Of a DNA stretch of 61,424 bases, positions 11,105 through 21,523 are shown in pieces. Origin of the DNA: an uncultured Verrucomicrobiales bacterium (lineage in GTDB: Bacteria > Verrucomicrobiota > Verrucomicrobiia > Verrucomicrobiales > DEV007); NCBI GenBank assembly GCA_938091905.1, contig CALKOM010000093.1, positions 1 through 61,424 on the forward strand. Reading direction: 5' to 3'. The notes beneath the pieces were generated by a model that was not told the origin of the DNA, did no database searches, and worked only from the letters and a program-made list of their open reading frames with translations. A program made the position numbers and the translations under genes. Positions within the stretch are counted from its first letter, which is position 1; each line of letters begins with the position of its first letter.

Positions 11105-13750
11105 TTACTCAAAGACCGCCTGAATCGTGACATCAGCCGTGCTCAACGACAGCATCATCTCCAGTTCGCTGCCACTGACGTCGCCAGACCAGCCTGTGAA
11201 AGTGGCTCCCTCATTTGGAACCGCACGGATGGAGATGGGCACATCCTTGAAATAGGTGCCGCTCCATGCCTCTGAAGGAACCGTTAGCGTGTTGATCACG
11301 ACGGAACCTTTGTCGGTATTCTGAATGGTGACAGCGACTTCGGCTGTCCCATTCCCGAACCCAAAGTGATCCATGAGTTGGCCACGCAGCTGCTCTGGGC
11401 GACCGGAACCGAAAGTGCGCATCACTTCGACATTGCGTTCCCAATGTTCCAGATTGAGGGGCTCGTCTTCTTCTTTGTGGGGAAGACCGAAGTCGCGTTC
11501 CTGAACAGCAGCCCAACTCCAGCGCTCCAGGTGTCGAGGGATCTCTGCGCGAATGACGGCTGCCATGGCATCGATCCTTCCGACAACACGGTCAGCAGAC
11601 CAGAGATGATTGAGCAAGTCGGCACATCTCAAAATGAACCGCTCGCGGAAGACATCACTTTCTAACATTTCCCTAAGAAGCAACGTCCGACCGCCAGCAT
11701 TTGGCCAGCCGGTGCCACCACCACTAGTGTTGGTGTGGAACGTGAACATGTTCTCGTAGTCCGCGAAGTCTCGCTTCATCGCGGGAAGATAGACTTCCGG
11801 TTTCCAGAGATTGAAACCATAATCTTGATCATAGACGAGCCAGCGGAAACGCCCGTCATCGGTCTGAGGACGCCAGCACTTGATATTCCCTATATCAAAA
11901 TTCTGCCCCCACAGGACAGTGAGATTGTAATCGATAAAGTTATCTATTTCCAGATGCTCTTCCTCAACGACTTTATAGCGCTCGGGGTCATTCATATCGT
12001 TGTTCTGAATGTAGCTACGCATGCGGTTGTAGGCAGAGGCTGAACCGGAATTGGCCGAGCCATAACCTTCAATTAAATCGACCTCGTCATTGGGAACGCC
12101 ATGATTGGACTCGACATAATGTTCCGTTAGTTTTTCACGAATGTTGTAGATACCCCAGTAGTCGCCATTGAGATAGAGGACTGCTGGACGGTAGCCTTGG
12201 GTATCGAGGCCTGTTTCGCGAGCTAGGCTCTGCACCATGGCATCGCGGAAGAGCGTGAAGTTGCAGTTTACAAAGTAACTGCCCCAGGAAACCGGCGTAG
12301 AGAAGGCTCTGATCTCGGAGCGAGGGTGGGTCAGCCACGTGCTCTGGTTGTCATTTCCCGAGTTACGTAGAACAAAGGACTCAAACGAATCGACCTCTTT
12401 GTCAGGAAAAAGCTGATGCTGAATCTTGCCGCGCCCGTATTCTTGTCGTGCAAAGATGGCCATGGACTTCTGAGGATACCCACGCGATCCCCAGCCCCCA
12501 AAAATCTTCACCCCCACATTCTGGCGAAAGCCACCATCACCGTCTGGTTCGAACATCTCCATGCTCGCCTCAATCTCGCGATCGCGTTTCCATGCATTCG
12601 ATGATGAATACGGAAAACTGCCATTGACAGTGCCATTGGCAGATACGGCAGAACCCATTCCATAAAGATAACCGTCCTTGAAATCAAAGTTCTCACCTTC
12701 CGTCACCATGGAGAGAACTGGCAAGTCGTGGCTGACGCCAACAAGGTAAGTCGTGGTGACGGTTTCACTTGGATTCGCACCCATCACTTTCGCTCGTATC
12801 ACCGTTGGTTTATCAATGACAATCGGTTCTGTGTACAGTGTGGAGTTGCTCTTGAACAAGGTGTGAAACGGTTCCGCACCGTCCATGGTGTAGCGGACCA
12901 CATCCGATTCATCGGCTGGAATCAATGCAACGGATATCGTATTCTCGTAGACGCCACCACTAACAGAGAAGCGTGGGACTTGGATGTAGGCATCGGGTGC
13001 CCCAAAGATGAAGTTCGTGTTCACCTGTCCTGGAGTAGTCCGTTTCGGTTCAAACACGTAGAGTGTGTCAGGATCATCCCGGGCAATTCCCATGGATGCA
13101 TCGCCAGCCAGTGGCCCCGGATCAAGCCGATCTAGGATCTCTCCTTGCGGCGTCGTCACAATGACAGGCTCATCGCCATTCCGTAAGCTGAAACTCGCAT
13201 GCAGTTCGCCATCCGAAGGCTCTTTGTTTGAGGCAAAGACAACAAGATAACCCCCGGGCTCAACGAGCGTTCCTTCAGGAAAGAGCCACTTTCCTAGACG
13301 CGATTCGTTGTCCGTCAATCCGTAGCCACTGAGATCAGCCACGGTCTCGCCCATGTTCCATAATTCGATCCAATCGGGAAAGTCTCCATCGCGATCCTCC
13401 AGCGCGGTCTCGTTGTTCGTCATGATCTCACTGATCACGATGTTCGCAGTGCTGCTCGGCCCAGACAGGCTTTGGACTCGAAAGAACCCAACAGCGTCTG
13501 CTTCCACCGCCGTGGTGAGCTGGAAACGCCCGCCTTCCAGCGCGACTCGATCCGCTTCGCGGACGGCCCAACTGGCATTACTAAGATCCTTTGAGTACTC
13601 GACGCGGTAAGTCCTTCCCTCGGCATCATCAGCGAGTGTCAAGACGACTTCATTCGCCCGTCGCTCGACATTTAGAATCTCAAAGGTCACTTGCTGAGCC
13701 AGAATCGACCCACTTAGAACGCTAAAGAATAGGATAAAAATCGCACGCAT
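11105..13750 (-). CDS. Secreted CotH kinase family protein with lamin-tail and chitobiase/beta-hexosaminidase C-terminal-like domains
   Basis: VISEIMTNN...DWIELWN (lamin tail), VRYTMDGAEP, YLNGDYWGIYNIREK and RWLVYDQDYGF (CotH). Confidence 0.88.
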   Translation of the reverse strand: MRAIFILFFSVLSGSILAQQVTFEILNVERRANEVVLTLADDAEGRTYRVEYSKDLSNASWAVREADRVALEGGRFQLTTAVEADAVGFFRVQSLSGPSSTANIVISEIMTNNETALEDRDGDFPDWIELWNMGETVADLSGYGLTDNESRLGKWLFPEGTLVEPGGYLVVFASNKEPSDGELHASFSLRNGDEPVIVTTPQGEILDRLDPGPLAGDASMGIARDDPDTLYVFEPKRTTPGQVNTNFIFGAPDAYIQVPRFSVSGGVYENTISVALIPADESDVVRYTMDGAEPFHTLFKSNSTLYTEPIVIDKPTVIRAKVMGANPSETVTTTYLVGVSHDLPVLSMVTEGENFDFKDGYLYGMGSAVSANGTVNGSFPYSSSNAWKRDREIEASMEMFEPDGDGGFRQNVGVKIFGGWGSRGYPQKSMAIFARQEYGRGKIQHQLFPDKEVDSFESFVLRNSGNDNQSTWLTHPRSEIRAFSTPVSWGSYFVNCNFTLFRDAMVQSLARETGLDTQGYRPAVLYLNGDYWGIYNIREKLTEHYVESNHGVPNDEVDLIEGYGSANSGSASAYNRMRSYIQNNDMNDPERYKVVEEEHLEIDNFIDYNLTVLWGQNFDIGNIKCWRPQTDDGRFRWLVYDQDYGFNLWKPEVYLPAMKRDFADYENMFTFHTNTSGGGTGWPNAGGRTLLLREMLESDVFRERFILRCADLLNHLWSADRVVGRIDAMAAVIRAEIPRHLERWSWAAVQERDFGLPHKEEDEPLNLEHWERNVEVMRTFGSGRPEQLRGQLMDHFGFGNGTAEVAVTIQNTDKGSVVINTLTVPSEAWSGTYFKDVPISIRAVPNEGATFTGWSGDVSGSELEMMLSLSTADVTIQAVFE

Positions 13751-13790
13751 GGACTTACCCTACGACGCCTTTGGCCAGAGGGAAAGCCTG

Positions 13791-14258
13791 CTAATCCAAG
13801 CCCATCGTATCGCTCAGGATAGCATCTGTGAGATCGGCACCATCGCGCTTGCTCCCTGTGAGGTTCGCTGCAATCAGGTCTGCGCCGATCAACTTGGCAT
13901 CGGTTAGATTGGCATTGATCAACGTCGCACCTGACATATCGGCTCCCGAAAGGTCCGCGCCCGTGAAATCGACTTCATCCAAGGTGACACCTGAAAGGTC
14001 GGCGTTCTTTAGATTCGCTTTTGATAGATTTGCACTGGTGAAAGTTGCCCCGCTGCAATCGATCTCTGGGAGTTCTGCGCCACTCAGATCTGCATCTGAT
14101 AGTGTCGTGCCGATGAAGTAAGCCTTAGGTGCGTTTAATCCAGCCAAGGATGCGCCTGAGAGATTGCTCCCCGTCTTTTCCATGCGAGCTCCTTCCACAC
14201 CGTTGCTCGCCATCCATACACCGTGTGCAGCCAGTTCTTCCTCCGTAATTGTGCTCAT
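13791..14258 (-). CDS. Pentapeptide repeat protein
   Basis: Tandem A(D/N)LxG pentapeptide repeats. Confidence 0.92.
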   Translation of the reverse strand: MSTITEEELAAHGVWMASNGVEGARMEKTGSNLSGASLAGLNAPKAYFIGTTLSDADLSGAELPEIDCSGATFTSANLSKANLKNADLSGVTLDEVDFTGADLSGADMSGATLINANLTDAKLIGADLIAANLTGSKRDGADLTDAILSDTMGLD

Positions 14259-14324
14259 CTAGAGAGTTTCCCCATTCGTCCTTCGTGAAGCAACTGGAAT
14301 CGGAACTACAAATTGTAGTGACCG

Positions 14325-15521
14325 CTACTGATCCGTAGAGACCGGGGCAACATCGTCGGAAAGCAAAGCAACGGCTTCGCCGGCCAGAAAGAGGGATCCC
14401 GTGACAAGGACCGGCTCAGAATGTGTTTCCGCCAGTTTCAATCCGTCTCGAAAACTAGCTGCAACAGCGCCGGATTCGACCATTGATTGGAGATCCTGCG
14501 GATCTGCTGATCGCCCAGACAAGATGGGAACGAAGATAAAGCGTACAGCTAATTCACCCAACATTTCTAAAAGGGCCTCGATCGACTTTTCTCTAGCACA
14601 GCCAAACACAACCGTTGCTTTAGTCGACCCAAGAAGATCTTGCCACGTGGCACAGAGCGCTTCGATCGAGGCCGGATTGTGGGCTCCGTCGACAATGTAT
14701 CTCTCACCAAACCGCTGAAACCTTCCTGGCCACTGCGTACGGCTCAGGCCTAACTGAATCTGAGATTCCGTCGCCTCTTCGACAGCGACTTGGAAAGCAG
14801 CTTTGGCCAGTGCCGCATTGGCGCGTTGGTGTTCGCCCGGCAATTGAAGTTCACCTTGATAGGGACCACTAACAAAGCTGATCGAAGCTTGCACAGCAGC
14901 CGCGGCCTGACGCAGTGCGATCTCAACCTCGGGCAACTGCGCCGCGCTGATGATCGGCACACCACGGCGAAAGATACCTCCCTTCTCTCTGGCGATTTCG
15001 CCTAATGTATCGCCTAGGATGTGAGTATGATCATAGTGAATCGGCGTAACAACACAGACATGTTTCGTGCCGATTGCGTTCGTAGCATCCAAGCGCCCAC
15101 CCAATCCAGTCTCTAGCACTAAGCACTCTACTTTCTCCTCGTAGAAATGGGCCATGGCGAGCGCCAACGTCACCTCAAAGAAACTCGGGTGGGGCTCCCA
15201 ATCCATAATCGTTTCACGCAAGTGATCTAGCCAGCCCGTGAGCACATCGTCAGAGATAAGCTCGCCATTGACCCTCATGCGCTCCTGAAAGCGGACGAGA
15301 TGGGGCGACGTGAAGAGCCCGGATCGCAAGCCATGCGCCCGGGCAACACTATCCAGAAAAGCACATACAGAGCCTTTGCCGTTTGTTCCCGCAACGTGAA
15401 AGGTAAGCGGTGCTGCAGCCGGCGCATCCAGCGTCGCTAGGAGACGACGCATATTCTCAAGGCCCAACTTGACCCCGATGCCTTGCAAGCCATAGAGCCA
15501 ATCGAGCGCTCTCAAGATCAA
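14325..15521 (-). CDS. folC: Folylpolyglutamate synthase/dihydrofolate synthase
   Basis: HVAGTNGKGS, FTSPHL, ETGLGGRLDATN, DGAHNP. Confidence 0.96.
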   Translation of the reverse strand: MILRALDWLYGLQGIGVKLGLENMRRLLATLDAPAAAPLTFHVAGTNGKGSVCAFLDSVARAHGLRSGLFTSPHLVRFQERMRVNGELISDDVLTGWLDHLRETIMDWEPHPSFFEVTLALAMAHFYEEKVECLVLETGLGGRLDATNAIGTKHVCVVTPIHYDHTHILGDTLGEIAREKGGIFRRGVPIISAAQLPEVEIALRQAAAAVQASISFVSGPYQGELQLPGEHQRANAALAKAAFQVAVEEATESQIQLGLSRTQWPGRFQRFGERYIVDGAHNPASIEALCATWQDLLGSTKATVVFGCAREKSIEALLEMLGELAVRFIFVPILSGRSADPQDLQSMVESGAVAASFRDGLKLAETHSEPVLVTGSLFLAGEAVALLSDDVAPVSTDQ

Positions 15522-15530
15522 CTGGGGCTA

Positions 15531-16385
15531 TTAAGCAGAAAGCTTCTTCGAAGCTTCAGGCAGCATGAAGCCTAACAATGAAGCTAAGGTGTCTTTTACG
15601 TCCTTTCGCTCTACAATTCGATCCACCAACCCGTGATCACGCATGAACTCAGCTGTTTGGAACCCTGGCGGCAAATTCTGGTGAGTAGTCTCCTTAACCA
15701 CGCGCGGCCCAGCAAATCCGATCATGCATTTGGGCTCAGCTAGAATGACATCACCCAGCGTCGCAAAACTAGCAGTGACACCACCAGTGGTTGGGTGTGT
15801 TAGCACCGAAATGTAGGGAAGTCCCGCGTCGGCATGCCGCCCGAGCGCCGCACTTGTCTTCGCCATTTGCATGAGACTGAGAATTCCTTCATGCATACGC
15901 GCACCACCAGAGGCAGAGAAGACGATGGCGGCAGCACGGTCGTCGGTCGCCCGTTCAATCATCCGCGTGATCTTCTCGCCCACAACAGAACCCATGCTGG
16001 CACCCAGAAACCGAAAGTCCATCACCCCAGCACTAGCAGGATAGCTACCGATCAGCCCACGCCCGGTAACAATCGCATCGTTCAATTTGGTCTTCTCACG
16101 ATAGGACTCCAACTTCTTGGCGTAGCCTTCAAACCCGAGCGCATCTACAGCGATGAGGTCGCTATCGAACTCTTCGAAAGACCCAGAGTCCATGACGATG
16201 TCCAAGCGAGCCTGAGCCGAAAGCTGGAAATGGTGGGTGCAGTGATGGCACACACGCAGGTTCTTCTCGAGCTCGATATCATGAATGACCTTGGAACAGT
16301 CTGGGCACTTGTGCCAGAGCCCCTCGGGCATGTCTTTCTTCTTGTTTCGCGAGAATCCAAAGGGTGGCTTCTTGAAGATGGGCAT
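15531..16385 (-). CDS. accD: Acetyl-CoA carboxylase carboxyltransferase beta subunit
   Basis: LWHKCPDC zinc finger, GASMGSVVGEKI, SGGARMHEG, PTTGGVTASFA. Confidence 0.97.
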   Translation of the reverse strand: MPIFKKPPFGFSRNKKKDMPEGLWHKCPDCSKVIHDIELEKNLRVCHHCTHHFQLSAQARLDIVMDSGSFEEFDSDLIAVDALGFEGYAKKLESYREKTKLNDAIVTGRGLIGSYPASAGVMDFRFLGASMGSVVGEKITRMIERATDDRAAAIVFSASGGARMHEGILSLMQMAKTSAALGRHADAGLPYISVLTHPTTGGVTASFATLGDVILAEPKCMIGFAGPRVVKETTHQNLPPGFQTAEFMRDHGLVDRIVERKDVKDTLASLLGFMLPEASKKLSA

Positions 16386-16416
16386 TGGTGGGGAGAGGAT
16401 TGAGATGACAGCGACA

Positions 16417-17151
16417 CTAGCCCCGAGCCAGCGTGATCACAACTACCTTCTTGGCGCCAGACGCCAGTAAAACTCGGGCGCATTCATTTGCCGTTGACCC
16501 CGTGGTGAACACATCGTCCACCAAAGCGACCGTTCGCCCTGCAACATGGCCAACCTTCCAACGGCGCGGGACAAAGGCCCCACGGAGATTCTCCATGCGC
16601 TGCTCGCGTCGATAGCGCGTTTGTGAGGACGTGTAGCGCGTTCTCTTCAGGGCATTGACGTACGGAATCCCGCTACGTTCTTGGAGCTCGCGACACAATT
16701 CTAGCGCCTGATTGAACTCGCGCTCACGATACCGACGCGCATGCAAGGGGACAGGAACCGCAACCCAATCCTGTCGGAGATCTACAATACGCTCGTCCTG
16801 CAGGACGTCGACGAGCAGACTGCCTAACAAAGGCCCGAGAAAGAGTTGACGCTGATACTTAAACCGGTGAATGAGTTCCCGAAGGACGCCACGACTTTGG
16901 TAGGGCGATACCGCATAATCGAAAAAGAAGTCTCGCCCCTGGCACGTCTGGCAAACAAAGGTGCCCGCTCCTTCTGGCAAATAAGCTTCGCCACACTTCT
17001 GACAACACGGCTTCTCACAGGCCCACAACTGCGTCAAGCAAGTGGGACAGAGGTCGGGAACATGAGCAGAACAGCCGCACCCTGGGCAGTGAGGCGGATA
17101 GACCAGGTCGACAGCTGCAGATCGGAGCCCGCGCCACCAGCTAATCGCCAT
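16417..17151 (-). CDS. comF: ComF family phosphoribosyltransferase-like protein
   Basis: Double zinc ribbon, PVPLH...REFNQA, LVDDVFTTGST. Confidence 0.9.
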   Translation of the reverse strand: MAISWWRGLRSAAVDLVYPPHCPGCGCSAHVPDLCPTCLTQLWACEKPCCQKCGEAYLPEGAGTFVCQTCQGRDFFFDYAVSPYQSRGVLRELIHRFKYQRQLFLGPLLGSLLVDVLQDERIVDLRQDWVAVPVPLHARRYREREFNQALELCRELQERSGIPYVNALKRTRYTSSQTRYRREQRMENLRGAFVPRRWKVGHVAGRTVALVDDVFTTGSTANECARVLLASGAKKVVVITLARG

Positions 17152-17155
17152 GATG

Positions 17156-18595
17156 CTAGGGTTTCAACCACGTATCATTGGCAAAGTCTACGATTTCGAC
17201 TTGGACCTTGTTCTTCGCCCCTTTCGGGAAGCGAACATCTAACATGAGCGGAGCATTCACATCCTTGGTATCAGAAAGTCCCCGCTTGGCGAGCGCTGCT
17301 CCGGCTTTATACATGAACTCTGTTAACGGTGGCATCTTTGGATTGTCCCGTTCGTAGTATCCGTAAATTGTGAGATCATCATCACGGTTCGGGTCCTCCA
17401 AGCGCAGACAATAGTGCCGCTGCTTCGTGAAGGCACCCTCAAAATAGTTCGAATCTGATGCATACACCCGCATCCGCACCGTACGAGTAACTTGCTCCTC
17501 GACAAAATTCTCCCACCGCTCCTCCCCCAACCCAACGTAACTCTCCCAGTCTAGCCGATAGCCAAAGTCCTTCGTCTTCTCCATGTAGATGGGGATCTCA
17601 CGAGTAGGCAAGAGAAGCTGATAACGTGAGAAATTCCTTGGAAGCCTCACAAGCTCGGCGGCCACACCGCCTGTCGAGTAGTCGCGCACCGTCGGCACTG
17701 GCACAGGGCTATCGCCGTAGTAAGCTCTCAACGTCGGTTCGAGACGCTTGGGATAGCGAATCAACTTGAGCAGTTGATCCACCGTGGTAGCACCTTTCAA
17801 CTCCTGGATAACATTGGTAAAGTGACCCAACTTCTCACCAATGGGCTCGGAATCCACCAAGGACTTGCTCTCTTCGCCTTCGCCATCTCCCTCAGCACCT
17901 GCATCTTCTTTGTAGACCTGCGCTGCTCCCCAAAGAGAGAGAATCACCACTATCATCCCCGCAAGGCCGCCAAAGAGATAGATTCTTCTCGCTCGCTGTT
18001 TCTCTGTTAGGCGCTTCTTTCTCGTGCGTACGCGAATGCGTTTGTATTTGCCTCCGCTCTGTTCCTCAATGACCGCATTCAGTTCGCTTTCATCTGGTTG
18101 ACGACTTTTCTGCCCATCTAGTGACTCCACCCGGCGACGCTCTAACTCCAACGCCGAACGTATGGGCAAAGCAGACGAAGAGGAATCCAATCCGGCACTT
18201 TCTGGAGAACGCTCAGTTGGAGTGAGTGTTAATTTAACAATCCCCTCTTCGGGCAAGCTCGACGACGTCGGTCGGCTCTGAGTCTTTGGCCCAGTCTTAG
18301 AGGCAGCCATCTCCTCCGCACCTTCCGAGCGTTGACTGCGAGGCCCACGCCTGCGGGCTCGCTTGCGGGCAGGGCCCTTGAGCGGCGGCAACTTCACCTC
18401 TCGGTCCAACAGCGGCTCAAATCCACGATGACAGGACGGGCACTCGATATCGTGAACGCTATCTTTGCGATCAAGCTTGATCGTCTGCTCACACCCTGGG
18501 CAGTCGAAGATCAGCCACTCATCGACGACCATGACTTCAAGCCGAGCCCCCTGTGAGGACTCTTTAGACTCTGAACTTTCGGCAGGCAGCGGCAT
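17156..18595 (-). CDS. Hypothetical protein: zinc ribbon, low-complexity linker, single TM helix, periplasmic domain
   Basis: CPGC...CPSC; TM helix IYLFGGLAGMIVVILSLWG; LDWESYVG motif; overlaps the tatC stop by 1 nt. Confidence 0.75.
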   Translation of the reverse strand: MPLPAESSESKESSQGARLEVMVVDEWLIFDCPGCEQTIKLDRKDSVHDIECPSCHRGFEPLLDREVKLPPLKGPARKRARRRGPRSQRSEGAEEMAASKTGPKTQSRPTSSSLPEEGIVKLTLTPTERSPESAGLDSSSSALPIRSALELERRRVESLDGQKSRQPDESELNAVIEEQSGGKYKRIRVRTRKKRLTEKQRARRIYLFGGLAGMIVVILSLWGAAQVYKEDAGAEGDGEGEESKSLVDSEPIGEKLGHFTNVIQELKGATTVDQLLKLIRYPKRLEPTLRAYYGDSPVPVPTVRDYSTGGVAAELVRLPRNFSRYQLLLPTREIPIYMEKTKDFGYRLDWESYVGLGEERWENFVEEQVTRTVRMRVYASDSNYFEGAFTKQRHYCLRLEDPNRDDDLTIYGYYERDNPKMPPLTEFMYKAGAALAKRGLSDTKDVNAPLMLDVRFPKGAKNKVQVEIVDFANDTWLKP

Positions 18596-20106
18596 CAGTG
18601 TTTGGACGATGAAGAATCCTCGTTTGAATGATCAGAATCCTCTCCCCCTTCCTGCTCTGAACTCGGGGTATCGTCAACCGAATCAGGCTTCTTGGGCTCT
18701 TCATTAGCATCTTCGTAAGGTCCGTTGTGGAATTCGTAACCACTGTAAGGATCACCAGCATCATCTGATTTCTCGTCCTCTCCAGAGTCAGGCCCAAAGC
18801 CATCTTCGTATTCCGGCACCCCATCACCCTCAGCAAGAGCATCATTTGCTTCAAAATCTGCCAGCGCGCTCTCATCTGTCGTCGTTCTGTCAGGTTCGGA
18901 TTGTCCAACCGTTCCGACCGGCAGCGCACCAGGAACGGAAATTTCGCGCGCGGCAGCCCGCTTCTTCGCCCGAACGGCTCTTTCAGCTTCCTCCTCGGCT
19001 TCAAGTCGACGTCGCTTACGATCCATGAAGAAGGCCATCCAAATGCAGAACTCGTAGAGAATAACCATTGGCACCGCCAGCAAACAGAGGGTCGGAGCAT
19101 CCGGCGTCGGCGTGATAATCGCTGCCACCACGAAGATGATGACGACCGCATGCGAGCGGTTCTTTGCCATGAAGCTGTAACCTAACAATTCGAGCTTCAC
19201 CAGTGTTAGCACGACCACCGGCAATTCGAACGCAAGGCCAAAGATCAGGACGAGCTGACTGACAAAGCTAACGTAATAGCCAATTCGATAATCCGATTGG
19301 ATCCCAAGTTCTTCGGCATAGGAATGAAAGAATTCCAAGACACGAGGCGTGACAATCCAATAGGCAAACGAAGCTCCAAAGAGAAAGAGTAAGAAGCCAA
19401 CGCCTACGGCAGGGATGACCGCCTTTTTCTCTTTGCCCGTCAACCCGGGGAACACGAACTGAGCAAAGAAATAAAGCAGGAGCGGAAATGCTAGGATAAT
19501 CCCTGCGAGCAACGAGATCTTTAGAGAAAGCATGAATGCCTCAGGCGGCTTCAGCGCACTCATCTCAATGAGATTCCCTTGGCGCCCAACCTTGGCGTTA
19601 GGGTTCTTCTCGACCAGTTTCAGAACCGTGTCGCGGAGCGGCACATTGTCAGTGATCGCTTTGTTCACAAAGGACTCTCGAGCTTCCTTTGGAAGAACCA
19701 GCGTGGCGTTGAAGAACGGTAAAGCCTCCACATAAAGGCGAAGATGTTTCTCCTTCTCACCGAGGGCAGCCGTGATGAAATCCTCACGATAGGTCTTGTC
19801 GAGGCTCGTCGCAGTCTTCGACAGAGTCTGAACCTTCAGCCAATCTAACTTGGCCACATCCGGCGGCAGATCAATACTCGCACCAAGACCAGCCAACTCG
19901 ATAGGGCGCTTCAGAGAATCGAAGAGCGGCTCTCGAAAGACAAACGCCCCGATCATAAAGATGATCAATGTCGCGATGACTTTAACCAGCATCTGCCGGA
20001 GCTCCTCCAAATGCTCGAGGAACGGCATCTCTTTGTCATGGTGCCCACGGTCGCGAGCAAGCTTTTCACGCGCTCCAAAGAGCTTACCTAGGACACGCTT
20101 CATCAT
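18595..20106 (-). CDS. tatC: Twin-arginine translocase subunit TatC, with periplasmic insertion and acidic tail
   Basis: MPFLEHLEELR, FGLAFELPV, AAIITPTPD. Confidence 0.95.
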   Translation of the reverse strand: MMKRVLGKLFGAREKLARDRGHHDKEMPFLEHLEELRQMLVKVIATLIIFMIGAFVFREPLFDSLKRPIELAGLGASIDLPPDVAKLDWLKVQTLSKTATSLDKTYREDFITAALGEKEKHLRLYVEALPFFNATLVLPKEARESFVNKAITDNVPLRDTVLKLVEKNPNAKVGRQGNLIEMSALKPPEAFMLSLKISLLAGIILAFPLLLYFFAQFVFPGLTGKEKKAVIPAVGVGFLLFLFGASFAYWIVTPRVLEFFHSYAEELGIQSDYRIGYYVSFVSQLVLIFGLAFELPVVVLTLVKLELLGYSFMAKNRSHAVVIIFVVAAIITPTPDAPTLCLLAVPMVILYEFCIWMAFFMDRKRRRLEAEEEAERAVRAKKRAAAREISVPGALPVGTVGQSEPDRTTTDESALADFEANDALAEGDGVPEYEDGFGPDSGEDEKSDDAGDPYSGYEFHNGPYEDANEEPKKPDSVDDTPSSEQEGGEDSDHSNEDSSSSKH

Positions 20107-21479
20107 GGGGCAGACAGGTCGAGCTTGGTTGCCCAGTGGGCCAGTTCGTCATTCACCCGCTGTGGAGAAGGTGCCCCAATGGCCTCACGAGCAGCCAAGG
20201 CAGCATCCAAATTCAGGACACCAAAAACAGATTCTTCGAAGGCTTCGGAGAACTGCTGGAAGTGTTCCAACGTCATGTCAGGAAACGCCACACGTTCTTC
20301 TAACGAATACGCAGTGAGCTTCCCAATAATCTCATGGGCTTGGCGAAACGGAACGCCCTGCTTCACCAAATAATCCGCAAGATCAGTGGCCAACAGAAAC
20401 GGGTCGCTTGCAGCAGCGCGCATGGACGCTTCTTTTACAGTGGCTTGGGCAATCATCTCCGTGAAGATATCTAAACACATCTCTGCCGTGTCAATAGAGT
20501 CAAAGAGCCGTTCCTTGTCTTCCTGCAAATCGCGATTGTAGGTCATGGGCAGCCCTTTGAGCGTTGTCAGCAACGCCATCAGATTTCCGTAAAGCCTGCC
20601 AGTCTTGCCACGCGTCAATTCCGCAGCATCTGGATTCTTTTTCTGCGGCATCAAGCTCGAGCCCGTGGTGTGCGCGTCGCTCAGCGCCATGAAATCGAAC
20701 TCTGCAGAAACCCAGAGAATCACGTCCTCACTCAAGCGCGAAAGGTGCGTTCCTAACAACGCGAGATCGAACAGCATCTCCGCCATGAAATCGCGATCAC
20801 TCACGGCGTCCATGCTATTGCGACTGACCTTGGAAAACCCAAGTTCCTTAGCCACCGCCTCACGGTCAATTAAGATGGTAGAACCCGCCAAGGCACCACT
20901 GCCAAGGGGCATGCTATCAATCCGCTCACGGGCATCTTGCAATCGACCATGGTCCCGAGATAACATTTCCACATAAGCGAGCAAGTGGTGACCTAGTAAG
21001 ACGGGCTGCCCACGTTGTAAATGGGTGTAGCCAGGCAAGACCGCTTCGGGATGTCGCTGTCCTAGACCTACGAGACTCGATTGGAGCGCACAAATCTTGA
21101 TCGAAAGAGCGTCCACCGCATCGAGAGCATACAGACGCATATCAACAGCCACTTGGTCATTTCGGCTCCGACCAGTGTGCAGCTTGGCACCGGCCGGACC
21201 AATACGATCCGTCAGTACCTTCTCGATATTCATGTGGATGTCCTCAAGATCGACACTGAAAGGAAAGGCGCCCTCCGCGATCTCTTGCTCAATCTGGCGT
21301 AGGCCATCAGCGATCGTCGCTGCCTCCTCAGATTTTAGAATACCAGCGCGCACCAAGCCATTGGCGTGGGCGATCGAAGCCCTCACATCGTGTTTATAAA
21401 GACGCCAATCGAACGAGATCGACTCGCCGAAGCGCTTCATCAAATCCGTGGTCTCTTCCTGAAATCTGCCCTTCCACAT
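20103..21479 (-). CDS. argH: Argininosuccinate lyase
   Basis: MWKGRF start, HTGRSRNDQVA, GYTHLQ, TGSSLMPQKKNPD. Confidence 0.98.
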   Translation of the reverse strand: MWKGRFQEETTDLMKRFGESISFDWRLYKHDVRASIAHANGLVRAGILKSEEAATIADGLRQIEQEIAEGAFPFSVDLEDIHMNIEKVLTDRIGPAGAKLHTGRSRNDQVAVDMRLYALDAVDALSIKICALQSSLVGLGQRHPEAVLPGYTHLQRGQPVLLGHHLLAYVEMLSRDHGRLQDARERIDSMPLGSGALAGSTILIDREAVAKELGFSKVSRNSMDAVSDRDFMAEMLFDLALLGTHLSRLSEDVILWVSAEFDFMALSDAHTTGSSLMPQKKNPDAAELTRGKTGRLYGNLMALLTTLKGLPMTYNRDLQEDKERLFDSIDTAEMCLDIFTEMIAQATVKEASMRAAASDPFLLATDLADYLVKQGVPFRQAHEIIGKLTAYSLEERVAFPDMTLEHFQQFSEAFEESVFGVLNLDAALAAREAIGAPSPQRVNDELAHWATKLDLSAP

Positions 21480-21523
21480 AAGCCGGCTGGAACATGTTCC
21501 GGGCACCTTCCGGCGCAAGTCCT

